Positions 1-10,312 of a DNA stretch of 64,000 bases are shown here, one piece after another. A model generated the notes under the pieces. That model was given only the letters and a program-made list of their open reading frames with translations, did not search any database and had not been told where the DNA came from. The translations under genes were made by a program, and so were the position numbers. Origin of the DNA: Lachnospiraceae bacterium (lineage in GTDB: Bacteria; Bacillota; Clostridia; Lachnospirales; Lachnospiraceae); assembly GCA_045645665.1 (NCBI GenBank), contig JAZRJF010000089.1, forward strand, positions 12,254-76,253. The letters run 5' to 3'. Position 1 is the first letter of the stretch. Every line of letters begins with the position of its first letter.

Positions 1-197
1 AACCAGGCAACGAGCGAAACCATCTTTTGAATCTTCGGCGAAAGCTTACTACTCTCACGAAAATACTGCCGCACTCGGTTCTTTAATATCTTCGCCTTTC
101 CGACATATAAAATCGTATCGCGCGCATCGTGCATGATGTATACTCCCGGAGCAGCCGGAAGCTTCTTTAATTCCTCGGCAATATCAAAGTCTCGCAT
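1..197 (-). CDS. uvrC: Excinuclease ABC subunit C (UvrC), N-terminal GIY-YIG part; the gene continues beyond the left edge
   Basis: Reverse translation from ATG (197..195) gives [46 protein letters not shown]..., the GIY-YIG signature of UvrC. An AGGAGGGA RBS lies just upstream at 201..208. It is absent from the ORF track because the window edge truncates it. Confidence 0.8.
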   Translation of the reverse strand, partial: MRDFDIAEELKKLPAAPGVYIMHDARDTILYVGKAKILKNRVRQYFRESSKLSPKIQKMVSLVAW

Positions 198-284
198 CGT
201 TCCCTCCTTTCCGCAACGACTTCGCCGAAGCGGTCGCCGCCAGTACAAAAAGCTGCCGCTCAAAGAAACGACAGCTTTTGATTC

Positions 285-2225
285 TTATTCTTGTACATTT
301 GTCAATTCAATCTCGGTAATCTCCGCTGGCTGCTCTGCCTTCTCGGGATATTTGATTCGATTGAAAATGCTCATAAACTGCTTGCCGGTAATGGTCTCCT
401 TCTCAATCAAGAATTCCGCAGCCTCATCGAGAATCTGCATGTTCTCCGTCAGAAGGCGAATTGCTTCCTTGTAGCTGTTATCCATCACCTTATGGATCTC
501 CGTATCGATCTTTGCAGCGGTTGCGTCACTGCAATTGAGCACAGTGCGACCCTCAAGATACTTGCTCTCAACAGACTCAAGCGCCACCATTCCGAATTCA
601 TCGGACATACCGTAGAGCGTAATCATCTGGCGTGCAAGGTTCGTAGCACGCTCGATATCGTTGCTGGCACCGGTCGTAATGGAATTGAACTTCACCTGCT
701 CCGCCGCACGACCACCGCAGAACGTCTTAATCATCGTCAAAATCTCATCCTTGGAGCTGAGGTATTTCTCCTCCTCGGGTACCTGCATCGTGTAACCGAG
801 TGCGCCCATCGTTCTCGGAACAATCGTAATCTTCTGAACCGGTTCGGCATTTTTCTGAAGAGCCGCAATCAAAGCATGTCCTACTTCGTGGTAAGCCACA
901 ATCTTCTTCTCCTCGGGTCCGAGAATACGATCCTTCTTCTCCTTACCGGCGAAGACAACCTCAACGGACTCCAGAAGATCGGACTGCTTTACTACCGTTC
1001 TGCCTTCCTTTACTGCCAAGATGGCAGCCTCGTTAATGATATTCGCAAGATCGGAGCCAACCGCACCGCTCGTTGCAAGCGCAATCTCCTCCAGATTCAC
1101 GGAATCGTGCATCAAAACATTCTTAGCATGAACTCGCAAGGTCGCGATACGGCCCTTCAAATCCGGTTTGTCTACGATGATTCGACGGTCAAATCGACCC
1201 GGACGAAGCAATGCCTTATCAAGTACCTCCGGTCGGTTTGTAGCCGCAAGGATAACGATACCCTTGGACGTATCAAAGCCGTCCATCTCCGCAAGCAACT
1301 GATTCAACGTCTGCTCACGCTCGTCGTTACCGCCGCCATAGCGACTGTCACGACTCTTACCGATTGCATCAATCTCGTCGATGAAAATGATACACGGTGC
1401 CATCTGCTGTGCCTGACGGAACAAATCACGTACACGAGAAGCTCCGACACCGACATACATCTCTACGAAATCCGAGCCCGAAAGCGAAAAGAACGGAACC
1501 TTTGCTTCTCCCGCTACGGCCTTTGCAAGCAATGTCTTACCGGTACCGGGAGGTCCGACAAGCAATGCTCCCTTAGGAAGCTTCGCACCGATTCGTGTAT
1601 ACTTTGCGGGGTCATGCAGGAAGTCCACCAACTCGAGCACAGAGTCCTTAGCCTCTTCCTGGCCCGCAACGTCCTTAAACGTCACGCCGGTTTCCTTCTC
1701 CACGTACATCTTTGCGTTGCTCTTTCCAACGCCCATACCGCCGATTCCGCCATTCTTACCGAGTGAGCGGAACAACGCCCACATCATCACGTAAATCAAT
1801 ACGAACGGCAGTACATACATCACCAAAATATCAATAATGGTCGTACTCTTGTTCACAATCAGTCGACTCACCGGAATCTCCGCATCGACCAAAATCGTTA
1901 CCAACTCTTCATGATTCACGATACCGGTATAATAGGTCTCGATCATCGGGTCCTCAGTAGTACTCTTGTTCGGATAAATTACAATCTTATCGTAATCCGT
2001 CTGAATCTCTACTCGCTCTATCGTACCGTTCTCGATCATCGTCATGAATTCATTGTAGGTTATCTCTTTGTTCTTCAAACCCGTAATGTATTCGCTGATA
2101 ATCATGTAGAGTCCTATAAATATGAAGAAGACAACGACCGTAGCCACTATACGGGTCAACGAGCCCTTCTTCTTATTGTCATTCTTATTCGGCTGCTTGT
2201 CCGAATTCGGGTTCTTATTCTCCAC
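285..2225 (-). CDS. ftsH: ATP-dependent zinc metalloprotease FtsH
   Basis: 646 aa with N-terminal TM segments, an AAA+ Walker A ([18 protein letters not shown]), Walker B (IIFIDEIDA) and the zinc motif HEVGHAL. It has a GTG start preceded by GGGAGGTG. Confidence 0.95.
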   Translation of the reverse strand: MENKNPNSDKQPNKNDNKKKGSLTRIVATVVVFFIFIGLYMIISEYITGLKNKEITYNEFMTMIENGTIERVEIQTDYDKIVIYPNKSTTEDPMIETYYTGIVNHEELVTILVDAEIPVSRLIVNKSTTIIDILVMYVLPFVLIYVMMWALFRSLGKNGGIGGMGVGKSNAKMYVEKETGVTFKDVAGQEEAKDSVLELVDFLHDPAKYTRIGAKLPKGALLVGPPGTGKTLLAKAVAGEAKVPFFSLSGSDFVEMYVGVGASRVRDLFRQAQQMAPCIIFIDEIDAIGKSRDSRYGGGNDEREQTLNQLLAEMDGFDTSKGIVILAATNRPEVLDKALLRPGRFDRRIIVDKPDLKGRIATLRVHAKNVLMHDSVNLEEIALATSGAVGSDLANIINEAAILAVKEGRTVVKQSDLLESVEVVFAGKEKKDRILGPEEKKIVAYHEVGHALIAALQKNAEPVQKITIVPRTMGALGYTMQVPEEEKYLSSKDEILTMIKTFCGGRAAEQVKFNSITTGASNDIERATNLARQMITLYGMSDEFGMVALESVESKYLEGRTVLNCSDATAAKIDTEIHKVMDNSYKEAIRLLTENMQILDEAAEFLIEKETITGKQFMSIFNRIKYPEKAEQPAEITEIELTNVQE

Positions 2226-2312
2226 TTGACACCTCCCATGTTACCTAGGCACATTATAGATGAAAGCGTATCAAAATACAACCCATACGCGGTGAAATTT
2301 TTATGAACGTAG

Positions 2313-2777
2313 CTACTCGATGCGATCTAGTCGCAGGATTGGTTCAAGCGCCTCTACTCTTCCTCTGTGCTTCAGTGGTGTTACTTCATACTGCTCGCAC
2401 TGCTCCAATACAATCGGCGAGTAAAGCGAATATCCCATGCGCTTAATCCGACGCCTTGGGAACTCCATCAGAATCTGCCCCTTCTTCATAGTCTCATTCG
2501 GTTCTACCTTTGTAGAATATATGCCATGTGAAAGGAATTCACTCTCCAGTGCAACCTGTATGCGAAGCCGAATTCCTCCCTCTCCTTCCAGAAGCATAGC
2601 ATGTCCCGAATGTGAGATCGCAACCACTCTGCCATCGAACGGAGCTCGCACCACGTCGTCCTTCGGCAGGATAGCAATTCCCGGTCCCATCTCTCCTTTT
2701 GCAAAATGCCGCTCCGGCACTTTTGAAAGCGGTACAATCTTTCCCGTCAACGGTGACAGGATTTCTACATGTTGCAT
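2313..2777 (-). CDS. Stand-alone PTS EIIA(Glc)-family domain protein with a degenerate phospho-site
   Basis: Start moved to the ATG at 2777 (MQHVEILSPLTGKIVPL...), which has a GGAGGGAA RBS. The sequence follows the EIIA-Glc fold pattern (PLxGxxxxLxxVPDxxF, GxGxAIxP, PxDGxV). The H75-equivalent is kept (SGHAM), but the H90-equivalent position reads Q (LRIQVALES). Confidence 0.8.
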   Translation of the reverse strand: MQHVEILSPLTGKIVPLSKVPERHFAKGEMGPGIAILPKDDVVRAPFDGRVVAISHSGHAMLLEGEGGIRLRIQVALESEFLSHGIYSTKVEPNETMKKGQILMEFPRRRIKRMGYSLYSPIVLEQCEQYEVTPLKHRGRVEALEPILRLDRIE

Positions 2778-2907
2778 CGATATTCCCTCCGATTTTCTTA
2801 TAGTATGAGAGGGTTTCGTAAGCTTTATTCCGTACGACCGCATCAAAAAAGGACGGTACTCCACGCGACGACGTATCGCCTCGTTTTCGTACCATCCTTA
2901 TTTCTCA

Positions 2908-3837
2908 TCAAATATCGATATCTTCTCCGCGCTCTCTGCTTTCAATCAAACGCTGTCTCCGTGCACTCGCAGTCTCCGACTCTTCCTCCTCGCGCAACGT
3001 CTTGCGGAAATTCAACGGCGAGATGCCGTAACGCTTTTTGAACAGCTTACTGAAATGATATACGTCGTCGTAACCGACACTAGCCGCAATCATCTTAATG
3101 CTATCCTTACTTTCCACAAGAAGCTCTCTTGCCTTACTCAATCGCAGGCTAATCAAGTAGTTAATCGGCGAATCTCCCGTCTTCTCCTTAAAGATCTTCG
3201 AAATGTACACCGGACTCAAATACATGTTGTGCGCAATTTGGTCAAGAGAAATGTGCTGCGAATAGTTGTCCTTCAAATACTGCACAATCTTCTTTACAAC
3301 ATAGCTCTTCGAGTAACTCTCGAATACCATGCCGACAGACTCGGGCTCCGTAGTTCCCGCAATCGCGCGGAAGATCAAAATCAGCATCTTCATCATCTGT
3401 GCCTGAACGAGATAATAACGTCCCGGCTGCGTTGAAGTGTTTTCCTCGATAATCTCGTAGCAACAGCGACTAATCTCACGCTTGCTCTCGCTGCTCAGGC
3501 TCAAAATGTGACCACCGCCCGGAAGCTCGATTGCATTTTCCGGCATGCCGAGCAGATGAATATCCGTAATGCCCGCCACGAACTCCAGCGTAGGGTCCGC
3601 GGGATTGGTTACAATGCTCTGATGCATTACGCCCGGATTGCAGATAAGCAAATCCCCCTGCTTCACATCATACGTAATGCCGTCGACCAAATATCGGCCG
3701 GTACCCGATAGGATATACGCAATCTCCGGATAGGTATGCGAATGATAATGATTGAGTCTTGCATCGCGTATCCGGCTACAATACAACACCGTCGGATGTA
3801 GCTCACGATAGGAAATGTCTGAATAAATCTCGCTCAT
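2908..3837 (-). CDS. AraC-family transcriptional regulator (cupin sensor + HTH_18)
   Basis: 309 aa. The N-terminal part looks like a cupin domain (HSHTYPEIAYILSGTGRY...GDLLICNPGVMH). The C-terminal AraC HTH reads SLDQIAHNMYLSPVYISKIFKEKTG...YDDVYHFSKLFKKRYGISP. Confidence 0.9.
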   Translation of the reverse strand: MSEIYSDISYRELHPTVLYCSRIRDARLNHYHSHTYPEIAYILSGTGRYLVDGITYDVKQGDLLICNPGVMHQSIVTNPADPTLEFVAGITDIHLLGMPENAIELPGGGHILSLSSESKREISRCCYEIIEENTSTQPGRYYLVQAQMMKMLILIFRAIAGTTEPESVGMVFESYSKSYVVKKIVQYLKDNYSQHISLDQIAHNMYLSPVYISKIFKEKTGDSPINYLISLRLSKARELLVESKDSIKMIAASVGYDDVYHFSKLFKKRYGISPLNFRKTLREEEESETASARRQRLIESRERGEDIDI

Positions 3838-3874
3838 AGGTACCTCTGTTTCCGCGCTGCCGCGCTCTTAAGTG

Positions 3875-4660
3875 TTATGTGGTCGGCAAATCATTTGTCA
3901 CGTTGCCGTCACCGCTAATCGGTATCTCCTCGCCGCCAAAGGTTGCTTTCGGCAAGAAAATGCCTTGTACAAATGCACTGCCCCTTGCGAAAAACTCACG
4001 AAAATCGTAGTATTCCTGTCCTGCATAAGTTTGAAAATCCGCCGAAACGCCATATGCATGCATTCCCACACGCTCCGCAAGATAGACTGCTCTGTACAAA
4101 TGATAGGTCTGACTCACTAAGACAATCGTCTCACATTGAAATATATTCTTCGCACGCCATACGCTATCATACGTGGAAAGTCCGGCGTGATCCATAAAGA
4201 TGTCCTCTGCCGGAACGCCCGAATCGATGGCATATTGCTTCATCGTATTGACTTCATCATAACCTTGATAGGCATGGTCGCCACTCATCAAAAGCTTCTT
4301 GGCAAGCCCCGCCTTGTAAAGGTGTATTCCCTGCTCAAGACGCGCCGACAACATCGGACTGGGTGTCCCGTCACTTCGAACCCCGCAGCCAAGGACAACA
4401 ACCGCGTCCACTGTCGGTAAGCTTCGTTCCGTCCCATTCTCAGTCATTAAATTAATCGTGGTCCCCGTCGTCGTTCCTTCCAGCACAAGCTCGCCTCCGG
4501 TATCGAAGATTCGCTCCTCGGTCGTGCCGCGCACGTAAGCATTTGCCCCCACCGTTACCAACAAGCCAAGAAGGAATAAAACCATAACGACAAGCCCACC
4601 GATGAGCAACCACTGCAAAATGCTCCGCCGTTTATCAAATATCTTCAATCTGCCAATCAA
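3875..4660 (-). CDS. SanA/YdcF (DUF218) family membrane-anchored protein
   Basis: One N-terminal TM segment followed by a DUF218 core (VVVLGCGVRSDGTPSPMLSARLE...LLMSGDH...VLVSQTYHLYRA). The track start is TTG and overlaps the ung stop by 26 nt. No ATG lies upstream of the TM segment, so the exact start is uncertain. Confidence 0.75.
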   Translation of the reverse strand: MIGRLKIFDKRRSILQWLLIGGLVVMVLFLLGLLVTVGANAYVRGTTEERIFDTGGELVLEGTTTGTTINLMTENGTERSLPTVDAVVVLGCGVRSDGTPSPMLSARLEQGIHLYKAGLAKKLLMSGDHAYQGYDEVNTMKQYAIDSGVPAEDIFMDHAGLSTYDSVWRAKNIFQCETIVLVSQTYHLYRAVYLAERVGMHAYGVSADFQTYAGQEYYDFREFFARGSAFVQGIFLPKATFGGEEIPISGDGNVTNDLPTT

Positions 4661-5309
4661 TCGGTGTTACCCCGTGCTCCTTCAGGAACGCATTTGTCTT
4701 ACTAAAATGCCGACAACCGAAAAAGCCGCGATATGCCGAAAGCGGACTTGGATGTGGCGCGGTCAGCACCAAATGATTCGGATTGTTCAGCATACTTCTC
4801 TTCTTCTGAGCCGGCGAGCCCCACAGCAAAAACACAATCGGGCGATTCTCAAGGTTGATTGCGCGTAGCACCGCATCCGTGAAGTTCTCCCAACCCTTTC
4901 CCTGATGCGAAAGCGGTTGGTGTGCTCGCACCGTCAAAATCGTATTGAGCAATAACACTCCCTGCTCTGCCCAACGAACCAAATACCCGTTGTTCGGAAT
5001 CCGACAACCGAGGTCCGTCTCCAGCTCTTTATAAATGTTCACAAGCGAGGGCGGTGCCTGCACAGGCGGCTTTACGGAAAAGCAAAGTCCATGCGCCTGT
5101 CCTTCCCCGTGATACGGGTCCTGTCCGAGAATTACGACCTTAACCTCGGACAACGGTGTCAAGTGAAATGCGCTCAAAACGTCGTCTGCGGGCGGGTATA
5201 CTACTCTAGTAGAATACTCATTTTTCACGAAACGGTACAAATCCTTGTAATAGTCTTGTCCGAATTCTCCGCCGATGGCCTTCAGCCAATCATTTGTAAT
5301 CGCACCCAT
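4635..5309 (-). CDS. ung: Uracil-DNA glycosylase (family 1)
   Basis: 224 aa with GQDPYHG, GLCFSV, LLLNTILTVR and HPSPLSA motifs, all typical of Ung. Confidence 0.93.
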   Translation of the reverse strand: MGAITNDWLKAIGGEFGQDYYKDLYRFVKNEYSTRVVYPPADDVLSAFHLTPLSEVKVVILGQDPYHGEGQAHGLCFSVKPPVQAPPSLVNIYKELETDLGCRIPNNGYLVRWAEQGVLLLNTILTVRAHQPLSHQGKGWENFTDAVLRAINLENRPIVFLLWGSPAQKKRSMLNNPNHLVLTAPHPSPLSAYRGFFGCRHFSKTNAFLKEHGVTPIDWQIEDI

Positions 5310-5327
5310 GAAAGTCCCCCTACTGTG

Positions 5328-6086
5328 CTACATACGTACGCTCACGCCACGGTCTCTGAGATACTCCTTCACCTCGGAAATCTCGAGTTCCTTATAGTGA
5401 AACAGCGTTGCAGCCAATGCCGCATCTGCCTTGCCCTCGGTCAGGGCATCGTAAAAATGCGACTTCTCTCCGGCACCGCCCGAAGCGATAACCGGTATCT
5501 TCACAACCTCTGCAATACGACGTGTCAACTCGAGGTCGTAGCCGTTCTTCGTACCATCGCAGTCCATGCTCGTAAGCAAGATCTCGCCCGCGCCGAGCGA
5601 CTCCGCCTGCTTTGCCCATTCGATCGCGTCGATGCCCATATCAATGCGGCCGCCGTTCTTATAGATGTGGAAGCTTCCGTCCGGCGTACGCTTTGCATCG
5701 ATCGCCACTACGACACACTGGCTACCGAAACGCTTTGCCGCCTCGGAAATGAGCGGAGGATTCATAATCGCCGCCGAATTGACAGCTACCTTATCCGCTC
5801 CCTCTCGCAAAATCATATAGAAATCCTCTACCGTACGAATACCGCCGCCTACCGTAAACGGAATGAACACCGTCTCGGCTACTCGGCGCACCATCTCGCT
5901 TCGAATCGTTCTGGCGTCGGAGGATGCCGTAATATCCAAAAACACCAGCTCGTCCGCGCCCGCCTCGCCGTACGCTCTGCCTACCTCCACGGGATCTCCC
6001 GCATCACGCAGGTTTACAAAATTAATGCCCTTTACTACTCTTCCGTTATGTACATCCAAGCACGGAATAATTCTCTTTGTATGCAT
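5328..6086 (-). CDS. hisF: Imidazole glycerol phosphate synthase, cyclase subunit HisF
   Basis: 252 aa; [26 protein letters not shown] and [10 protein letters not shown] motifs. Confidence 0.93.
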   Translation of the reverse strand: MHTKRIIPCLDVHNGRVVKGINFVNLRDAGDPVEVGRAYGEAGADELVFLDITASSDARTIRSEMVRRVAETVFIPFTVGGGIRTVEDFYMILREGADKVAVNSAAIMNPPLISEAAKRFGSQCVVVAIDAKRTPDGSFHIYKNGGRIDMGIDAIEWAKQAESLGAGEILLTSMDCDGTKNGYDLELTRRIAEVVKIPVIASGGAGEKSHFYDALTEGKADAALAATLFHYKELEISEVKEYLRDRGVSVRM

Positions 6087-6110
6087 CTTAAATCCGTCCT
6101 CTCCACTATA

Positions 6111-6716
6111 CTAGATAGCTGCAAAATTCCTCAAAATCGCCATGCCAACTTCTCCGCTCTTCTCGGGATGGAATTGACACGCGAACAGATTGCCCTTTTC
6201 CACTGCCGCATGAATCAAAGGACCGTAGATTGTCGTTGCCGCAACTACCTCCGGCTCCTCTGCCTGCAAATAGTACGAATGGACAAAATACACGTAGCTT
6301 TCGTCGGGAAGTCCGGCAAACAGTCTGGAGTCCTTTCTACAGGTCAAGTCATTCCAACCGATATGCGGAATCTTACGTCCGCCACCCTCGGGAATTCTCA
6401 CGATGCGACCCGGCAACAAAGACAAGCCCTTCACACCCGGACTCTCCTCGCTTTCGTCAAACATCAGCTGCAAGCCGAGACAAATGCCGAGAAACGGCTT
6501 CCCTTCTGCCACGCACTGATGAATCACATCCACCAAACCGAAGCGCTCCAGCTTCTCCATAGCATCGCCAAATGCACCTACGCCCGGCAAGATTACACGG
6601 TCTGCCGCCAAAATCTCAGCCGGATCTCTCGTAACCTTAGCCTCTAAGCCAAGTGCCCGAAGAGCATTTTGCACACTGCATATATTTCCTGCATCGTAAT
6701 CGATGATTGCTATCAT
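6111..6716 (-). CDS. hisH: Imidazole glycerol phosphate synthase, glutamine amidotransferase subunit HisH
   Basis: Start moved to the ATG at 6716 ([15 protein letters not shown]...). The class-I GATase triad context is present (GICLGLQL, ...QFHPEKS). The longer track ORF would overlap the upstream kinase gene. Confidence 0.9.
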   Translation of the reverse strand: MIAIIDYDAGNICSVQNALRALGLEAKVTRDPAEILAADRVILPGVGAFGDAMEKLERFGLVDVIHQCVAEGKPFLGICLGLQLMFDESEESPGVKGLSLLPGRIVRIPEGGGRKIPHIGWNDLTCRKDSRLFAGLPDESYVYFVHSYYLQAEEPEVVAATTIYGPLIHAAVEKGNLFACQFHPEKSGEVGMAILRNFAAI

Positions 6717-6735
6717 ATCTGTTCTGTTCCTTTCT

Positions 6736-8244
6736 TTATCCATTGGCCGCTTCAAGCTCAAACCAAAACTCCACACCCTTCGGATGGTTTACCACTCCGT
6801 AAGCTTGATTGTGCAAATCCATAATCGCCTTTACAACCGATAATCCGATACCGCTGCCGCCGTACTCTCTTGTACGCGCCTTGTCCACTTTGTAGAATTT
6901 CTCCCAAAGATGGTCGATGTCCTCTTCCGGAATCGGCTCTCCTGTATTATACACGGAAACGCGCACGGTTGCACCATTTTTCTTCACCGAAACCGCAATT
7001 TCCTTCGAACCCGAAACGTGATTGAGCGCATTGCTGATGTAATTGGTCGCCGCCTCTTCAATGCGATACTCGTCCGCCCACACATAGATGGGCTCCTCGT
7101 GATAAAAATGCAGCTTCACATCCTGTCTTTGACGCAAAAGCTCCGTATTGTTCAAAAGGCCTCTCAGCAATCCCACGATATCGAAGCGCTCATAATCAAG
7201 CGCATTTTGGCCGAATTCGAGCTGATTGAGTGTCAACAGCTTCTGCACGATACGGTTCATCTTCGCCGCTTCGTCCGTAATGACCTCGCAGTAAAATGCA
7301 CGGCTCGCCTCGTCATCCTGAACATTCTCCTGAAGTCCCTCTGCATAGCCCTGTATTAATGCGATGGGCGTCTTAAGCTCATGCGATACATTTGCCAAAA
7401 AGTCCGTTCGCAGCTGCTCCATCTCCATCTTGCGCTCCAAATCCTTTTGCAGCTCATTATTGGCCTGCTTCAGCTCACCGATTGTCGTTTCCAAACGATC
7501 GGAAAGACTATTGAGCGAACGTCCGAGCTGTCCGACCTCGTCTCGCGAAGAAACCGGGCATTTTTCATCGAATTCAAGCCGACTCATGCGCACTGCTACG
7601 TCCGACATTCTCTCGATCGGCTTCGTAATCGCGCGACAGATGAAATATACGACTACCGAGCCAAGCAGTAGCACGAGAAGTCCGGTCACCGAAAGAAAAC
7701 GTGACGCAATGTCCGCCGCCTCCTCGATGCTTTGGTAGTTCGTACGAACAAATAAGTAGTAGCCGTTGTCCAAGGTGCCGAACAAATCAATGTAGCTCGA
7801 CCCCATATAGTTGTCATTCAGCTGGTAGATGGAATAACTCGAAGCCACCCGTAGCTCATGATAATCCACAATCTGCTCATCGATGCTGACGCCGAGATAT
7901 CGTTGAATAGACGCCATACAACGCATAATCGTACGCTCATTGGAATCGCTCGAGAAGACGAACTTCCGATCTCCCATCATGTACGGATTCATAATCAAAA
8001 TGGTGAACTGACCGTTGTTGGACTTCTGCTCAATAAAATGCTGCGTCTCTTCCGGCAACACCTCATCGTCGTCGAGCCGCTCATTGATAGCAAGGTAGCT
8101 TTCCTTCAATTCGGAAAGCTTCCGGTTCTGATAGTAATCCTTCAAGAAGAACTCCGTCATAAGCCACGTTCCGCCGAGTACGACAACGACTGCACAAAAA
8201 AACAAAAGCAATATCTTTGTCCGAAAGGATGTAAACCGCTTCAC
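6736..8244 (-). CDS. Sensor histidine kinase (TM - HAMP - HisKA - HATPase_c)
   Basis: H-box FLANVSHELKTPIALIQGY; N/G boxes (NALNH, GGSGIGLSVVKAIMD). I propose the GTG at 8244 (MKRFTSFRTKILLLFF...) as the start, because AAGGAGGAG sits 4 nt upstream. The track start at 8286 is TTG and overlaps the RR gene. Confidence 0.85.
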   Translation of the reverse strand: MKRFTSFRTKILLLFFCAVVVVLGGTWLMTEFFLKDYYQNRKLSELKESYLAINERLDDDEVLPEETQHFIEQKSNNGQFTILIMNPYMMGDRKFVFSSDSNERTIMRCMASIQRYLGVSIDEQIVDYHELRVASSYSIYQLNDNYMGSSYIDLFGTLDNGYYLFVRTNYQSIEEAADIASRFLSVTGLLVLLLGSVVVYFICRAITKPIERMSDVAVRMSRLEFDEKCPVSSRDEVGQLGRSLNSLSDRLETTIGELKQANNELQKDLERKMEMEQLRTDFLANVSHELKTPIALIQGYAEGLQENVQDDEASRAFYCEVITDEAAKMNRIVQKLLTLNQLEFGQNALDYERFDIVGLLRGLLNNTELLRQRQDVKLHFYHEEPIYVWADEYRIEEAATNYISNALNHVSGSKEIAVSVKKNGATVRVSVYNTGEPIPEEDIDHLWEKFYKVDKARTREYGGSGIGLSVVKAIMDLHNQAYGVVNHPKGVEFWFELEAANG

Positions 8245-8275
8245 GTCGCTCCTCCTTCTATCGTATGATCGATTT

Positions 8276-8947
8276 CTATATCTCAAACTTGTAGCCCATA
8301 CCCCAGATGGTCTTAATATAATCTCCCTTATCGCCGAGCTTGCTTCTCAGCTTCTTAACGTGCGTATCGATTGTTCTGGCATCTCCGAAATAATCATAGT
8401 TCCAAACATTATTCAAAATCTTCTCTCTCGAAAGAGCCACACCCTTATTGCTGATAAAGTAAGCGAGCAATTCAAATTCCTTTACGCTCAGCTCCATCGG
8501 CTCTCCGTCAAGCGTCACCACGTGCGCCGACTTATCGAGGACGATCTCGGCCACCTCGATAATCTCTTCGTCCTGCAGCGTCATACGTCTGAGAATCGCA
8601 TCGACTCTCGCAACCAATACCTTCGGGCTGAACGGCTTCGTAATGTATTCGTCCACTCCGAGCTGGAAGCCTTTCAGCTCGTCGCGCTCCTCGCTGCGTG
8701 CCGTCAACATAATAATCGGCACCTTCGAATATTGACGAAGCTCCTTGCACACCTGCCAGCCATCCATCTTCGGCATCATCACGTCCAAGATTACAAGACT
8801 GATATCCTTGTTGGCAAAGAAAATATCAATCGCCTTTTCACCGTCCTCTGCCTCCAACGTCTCATAGCCCTTCCTCTGCAGGAAATCGCACACAAGCTTT
8901 CTCATACGACTCTCATCGTCAACTACCAATATACGAATCTCGCTCAT
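8276..8947 (-). CDS. OmpR/PhoB-family response regulator
   Basis: 223 aa with a receiver domain (ILVVDDE...LDVMMPKMDG...MLTA) and a winged-helix trans_reg_C domain (LSVKEFELL...IKTIWGMGYKF). GGGAGGA RBS. Confidence 0.92.
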   Translation of the reverse strand: MSEIRILVVDDESRMRKLVCDFLQRKGYETLEAEDGEKAIDIFFANKDISLVILDVMMPKMDGWQVCKELRQYSKVPIIMLTARSEERDELKGFQLGVDEYITKPFSPKVLVARVDAILRRMTLQDEEIIEVAEIVLDKSAHVVTLDGEPMELSVKEFELLAYFISNKGVALSREKILNNVWNYDYFGDARTIDTHVKKLRSKLGDKGDYIKTIWGMGYKFEI

Positions 8948-9078
8948 CGTTATCCTCCCTTGTCAATCCGTTAAAATGCTCCGGCCCGCCCCTCTACGCA
9001 AGGACAGTCGGCGCCGTAATGTGAACAGTATACAGAGCGGCTGTGAAAGGTTCGTGAACAACACCGAACACACGCACA

Positions 9079-9900
9079 TTATTCGCCGTAACGGTATACA
9101 CGGATTGTATCAATATATACACTCGGATTCGGCTTCAGCTTCGAAGTCACCTTGGCCTTCATCAGCTTATCGAGCACCTCATAGCCATCGTACAGCTGTC
9201 CGAACACCGTATGGTGGCCCGTAAGCCATGGTGCACCGCCGTATTTCATAAAATGCTCCAGCTGTTCGTCCGTCACCGTCGTTCCGTACGCCTCCTCAAA
9301 ATACTCCTGAAGCGTCATATGGTAACGGTTATCAAGAGGATCCTTCAACCCCTGCACAACCTCCGCCGGTGTCTGCACGACAAAAAACTGATCGGTGTTC
9401 GTGCCGTCTATTCCCTCATTTGCCATGCAAAGCGCTCCGCGCACCGGTAGCAGCTTTTCAGACAGTTCATTTTCAAAGCCGGAGCCGAAGATACTATCCC
9501 CGCTCGCACCGGTTCCGTCGATATCTCCCGCCTGAAACATATAATCATCAATGATCGTGCCGATCTTAACTCCGTCGTAGGCACCCTGCTCCGCAAGGGT
9601 AATCAAATTCTCGACCGCTTTCGGTGCCTCGCTCGCAAACAGCTTAAAATGCAAGGAACCGTAACCGCGAATTACAACCTCAATGCACTGCTCTCCCGCA
9701 TTTGGCTGCGCCAGCTGATAAATGCTCTGCGCCTCACCGGACAGTGCGGGTTCTTCTATGCCTTCGTTCACGCCTTCGCTCGGTACCGGCGTGACAGTAG
9801 TTTCGTTACCGGAGGGTTTCGCCGGCTTCTCCTTTCCACAGCCCACACACAGGCTCATCAGAACCAGTAGCAATATTGCAAAGCTTTTTTGAAATCTCAT
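9079..9900 (-). CDS. Cyclophilin-type peptidyl-prolyl cis-trans isomerase, predicted lipoprotein
   Basis: Start moved to the ATG at 9900 (MRFQKSFAILLLVLMSLCVGCG, a signal peptide with a lipobox) behind an AAGGAGGGA RBS. Cyclophilin motifs are FQAGDIDGTGASGDSIFG and HTVFGQL. Confidence 0.88.
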   Translation of the reverse strand: MRFQKSFAILLLVLMSLCVGCGKEKPAKPSGNETTVTPVPSEGVNEGIEEPALSGEAQSIYQLAQPNAGEQCIEVVIRGYGSLHFKLFASEAPKAVENLITLAEQGAYDGVKIGTIIDDYMFQAGDIDGTGASGDSIFGSGFENELSEKLLPVRGALCMANEGIDGTNTDQFFVVQTPAEVVQGLKDPLDNRYHMTLQEYFEEAYGTTVTDEQLEHFMKYGGAPWLTGHHTVFGQLYDGYEVLDKLMKAKVTSKLKPNPSVYIDTIRVYRYGE

Positions 9901-10063
9901 GCTGAATCCGTCCCTCCTTAGCGCTCGCCCCGATACGCAAATCGTCGAGCAAATCGAGAAATACGACAAGGTCCCGCAGTGTACCTTATCATAAGTATTA
10001 TATCCTTATTTGCCCTTCATTTCAATGTTAGAAGAGCAATTTCGAAAAAAATCATTTTGGTAC

Positions 10064-10092
10064 TTGACAATTCGGATTCTATGTTGCATAAT
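10064..10092 (+). promoter_or_regulatory. Sigma-70-type promoter for the tRNA cluster
   Basis: TTGACA (10064..10069), a 17-nt spacer, then CATAAT (10087..10092), about 24 nt upstream of the first tRNA. Confidence 0.5.
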
Positions 10093-10115
10093 GTTCAAGC
10101 ACGACAAAATTTCAT

Positions 10116-10189
10116 CGAGGCGTGGCTCAGTTTGGTAGAGCGCTGCGTTCGGGACGCAGAGGTCGCGTGTTCGAATCACGTCGCCTCGA
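10116..10189 (+). tRNA. tRNA-Pro (anticodon CGG)
   Basis: Folded by hand as a cloverleaf. The acceptor stem is CGAGGCG/CGCCTCG, the anticodon stem CTGCG/CGCAG with loop TTCGGGA, and the T-arm GCGTG-TTCGAAT-CACGT. No CCA is encoded. Confidence 0.9.
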
Positions 10190-10201
10190 TTTTACGTGCA
10201 T

Positions 10202-10274
10202 GCTGGAATAGCTCAGCAGGTAGAGCACTTCACTCGTAATGAAGGGGTCGTCAGTTCGAATCTGATTTCCAGCT
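10202..10274 (+). tRNA. tRNA-Thr (anticodon CGT)
   Basis: Acceptor stem GCTGGAA/TTCCAGC, D-arm AGCTCAGCAGGTAGAGC, anticodon stem CTTCA/TGAAG with loop CTCGTAA, and T-loop TTCGAAT. Confidence 0.9.
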
Positions 10275-10312
10275 CTCAGTCGTAGTGCTTTACGGCTAAC
10301 ATTTCATAATAT

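Noticed and set aside
133-474. 113-aa plus-strand ORF bridging the uvrC start and the ftsH 3' end
   Set aside because: It overlaps two supported minus-strand genes and their spacer, and has no RBS or motif.
291-1766. 491-aa ORF on the plus strand
   Set aside because: It lies entirely antisense to ftsH, whose product shows unmistakable AAA+/zinc-protease motifs. The plus-strand product is Leu/Arg/His-rich with no recognisable motif and no RBS.
5091-6647. 518-aa ORF on the plus strand
   Set aside because: It runs antisense across ung, hisF and hisH and through their intergenic spacers. It is a shadow frame of three well-supported genes.
9979-10239. 86-aa ORF overlapping the tRNA cluster
   Set aside because: It reads straight through the promoter and two tRNA genes, so it is not coding.
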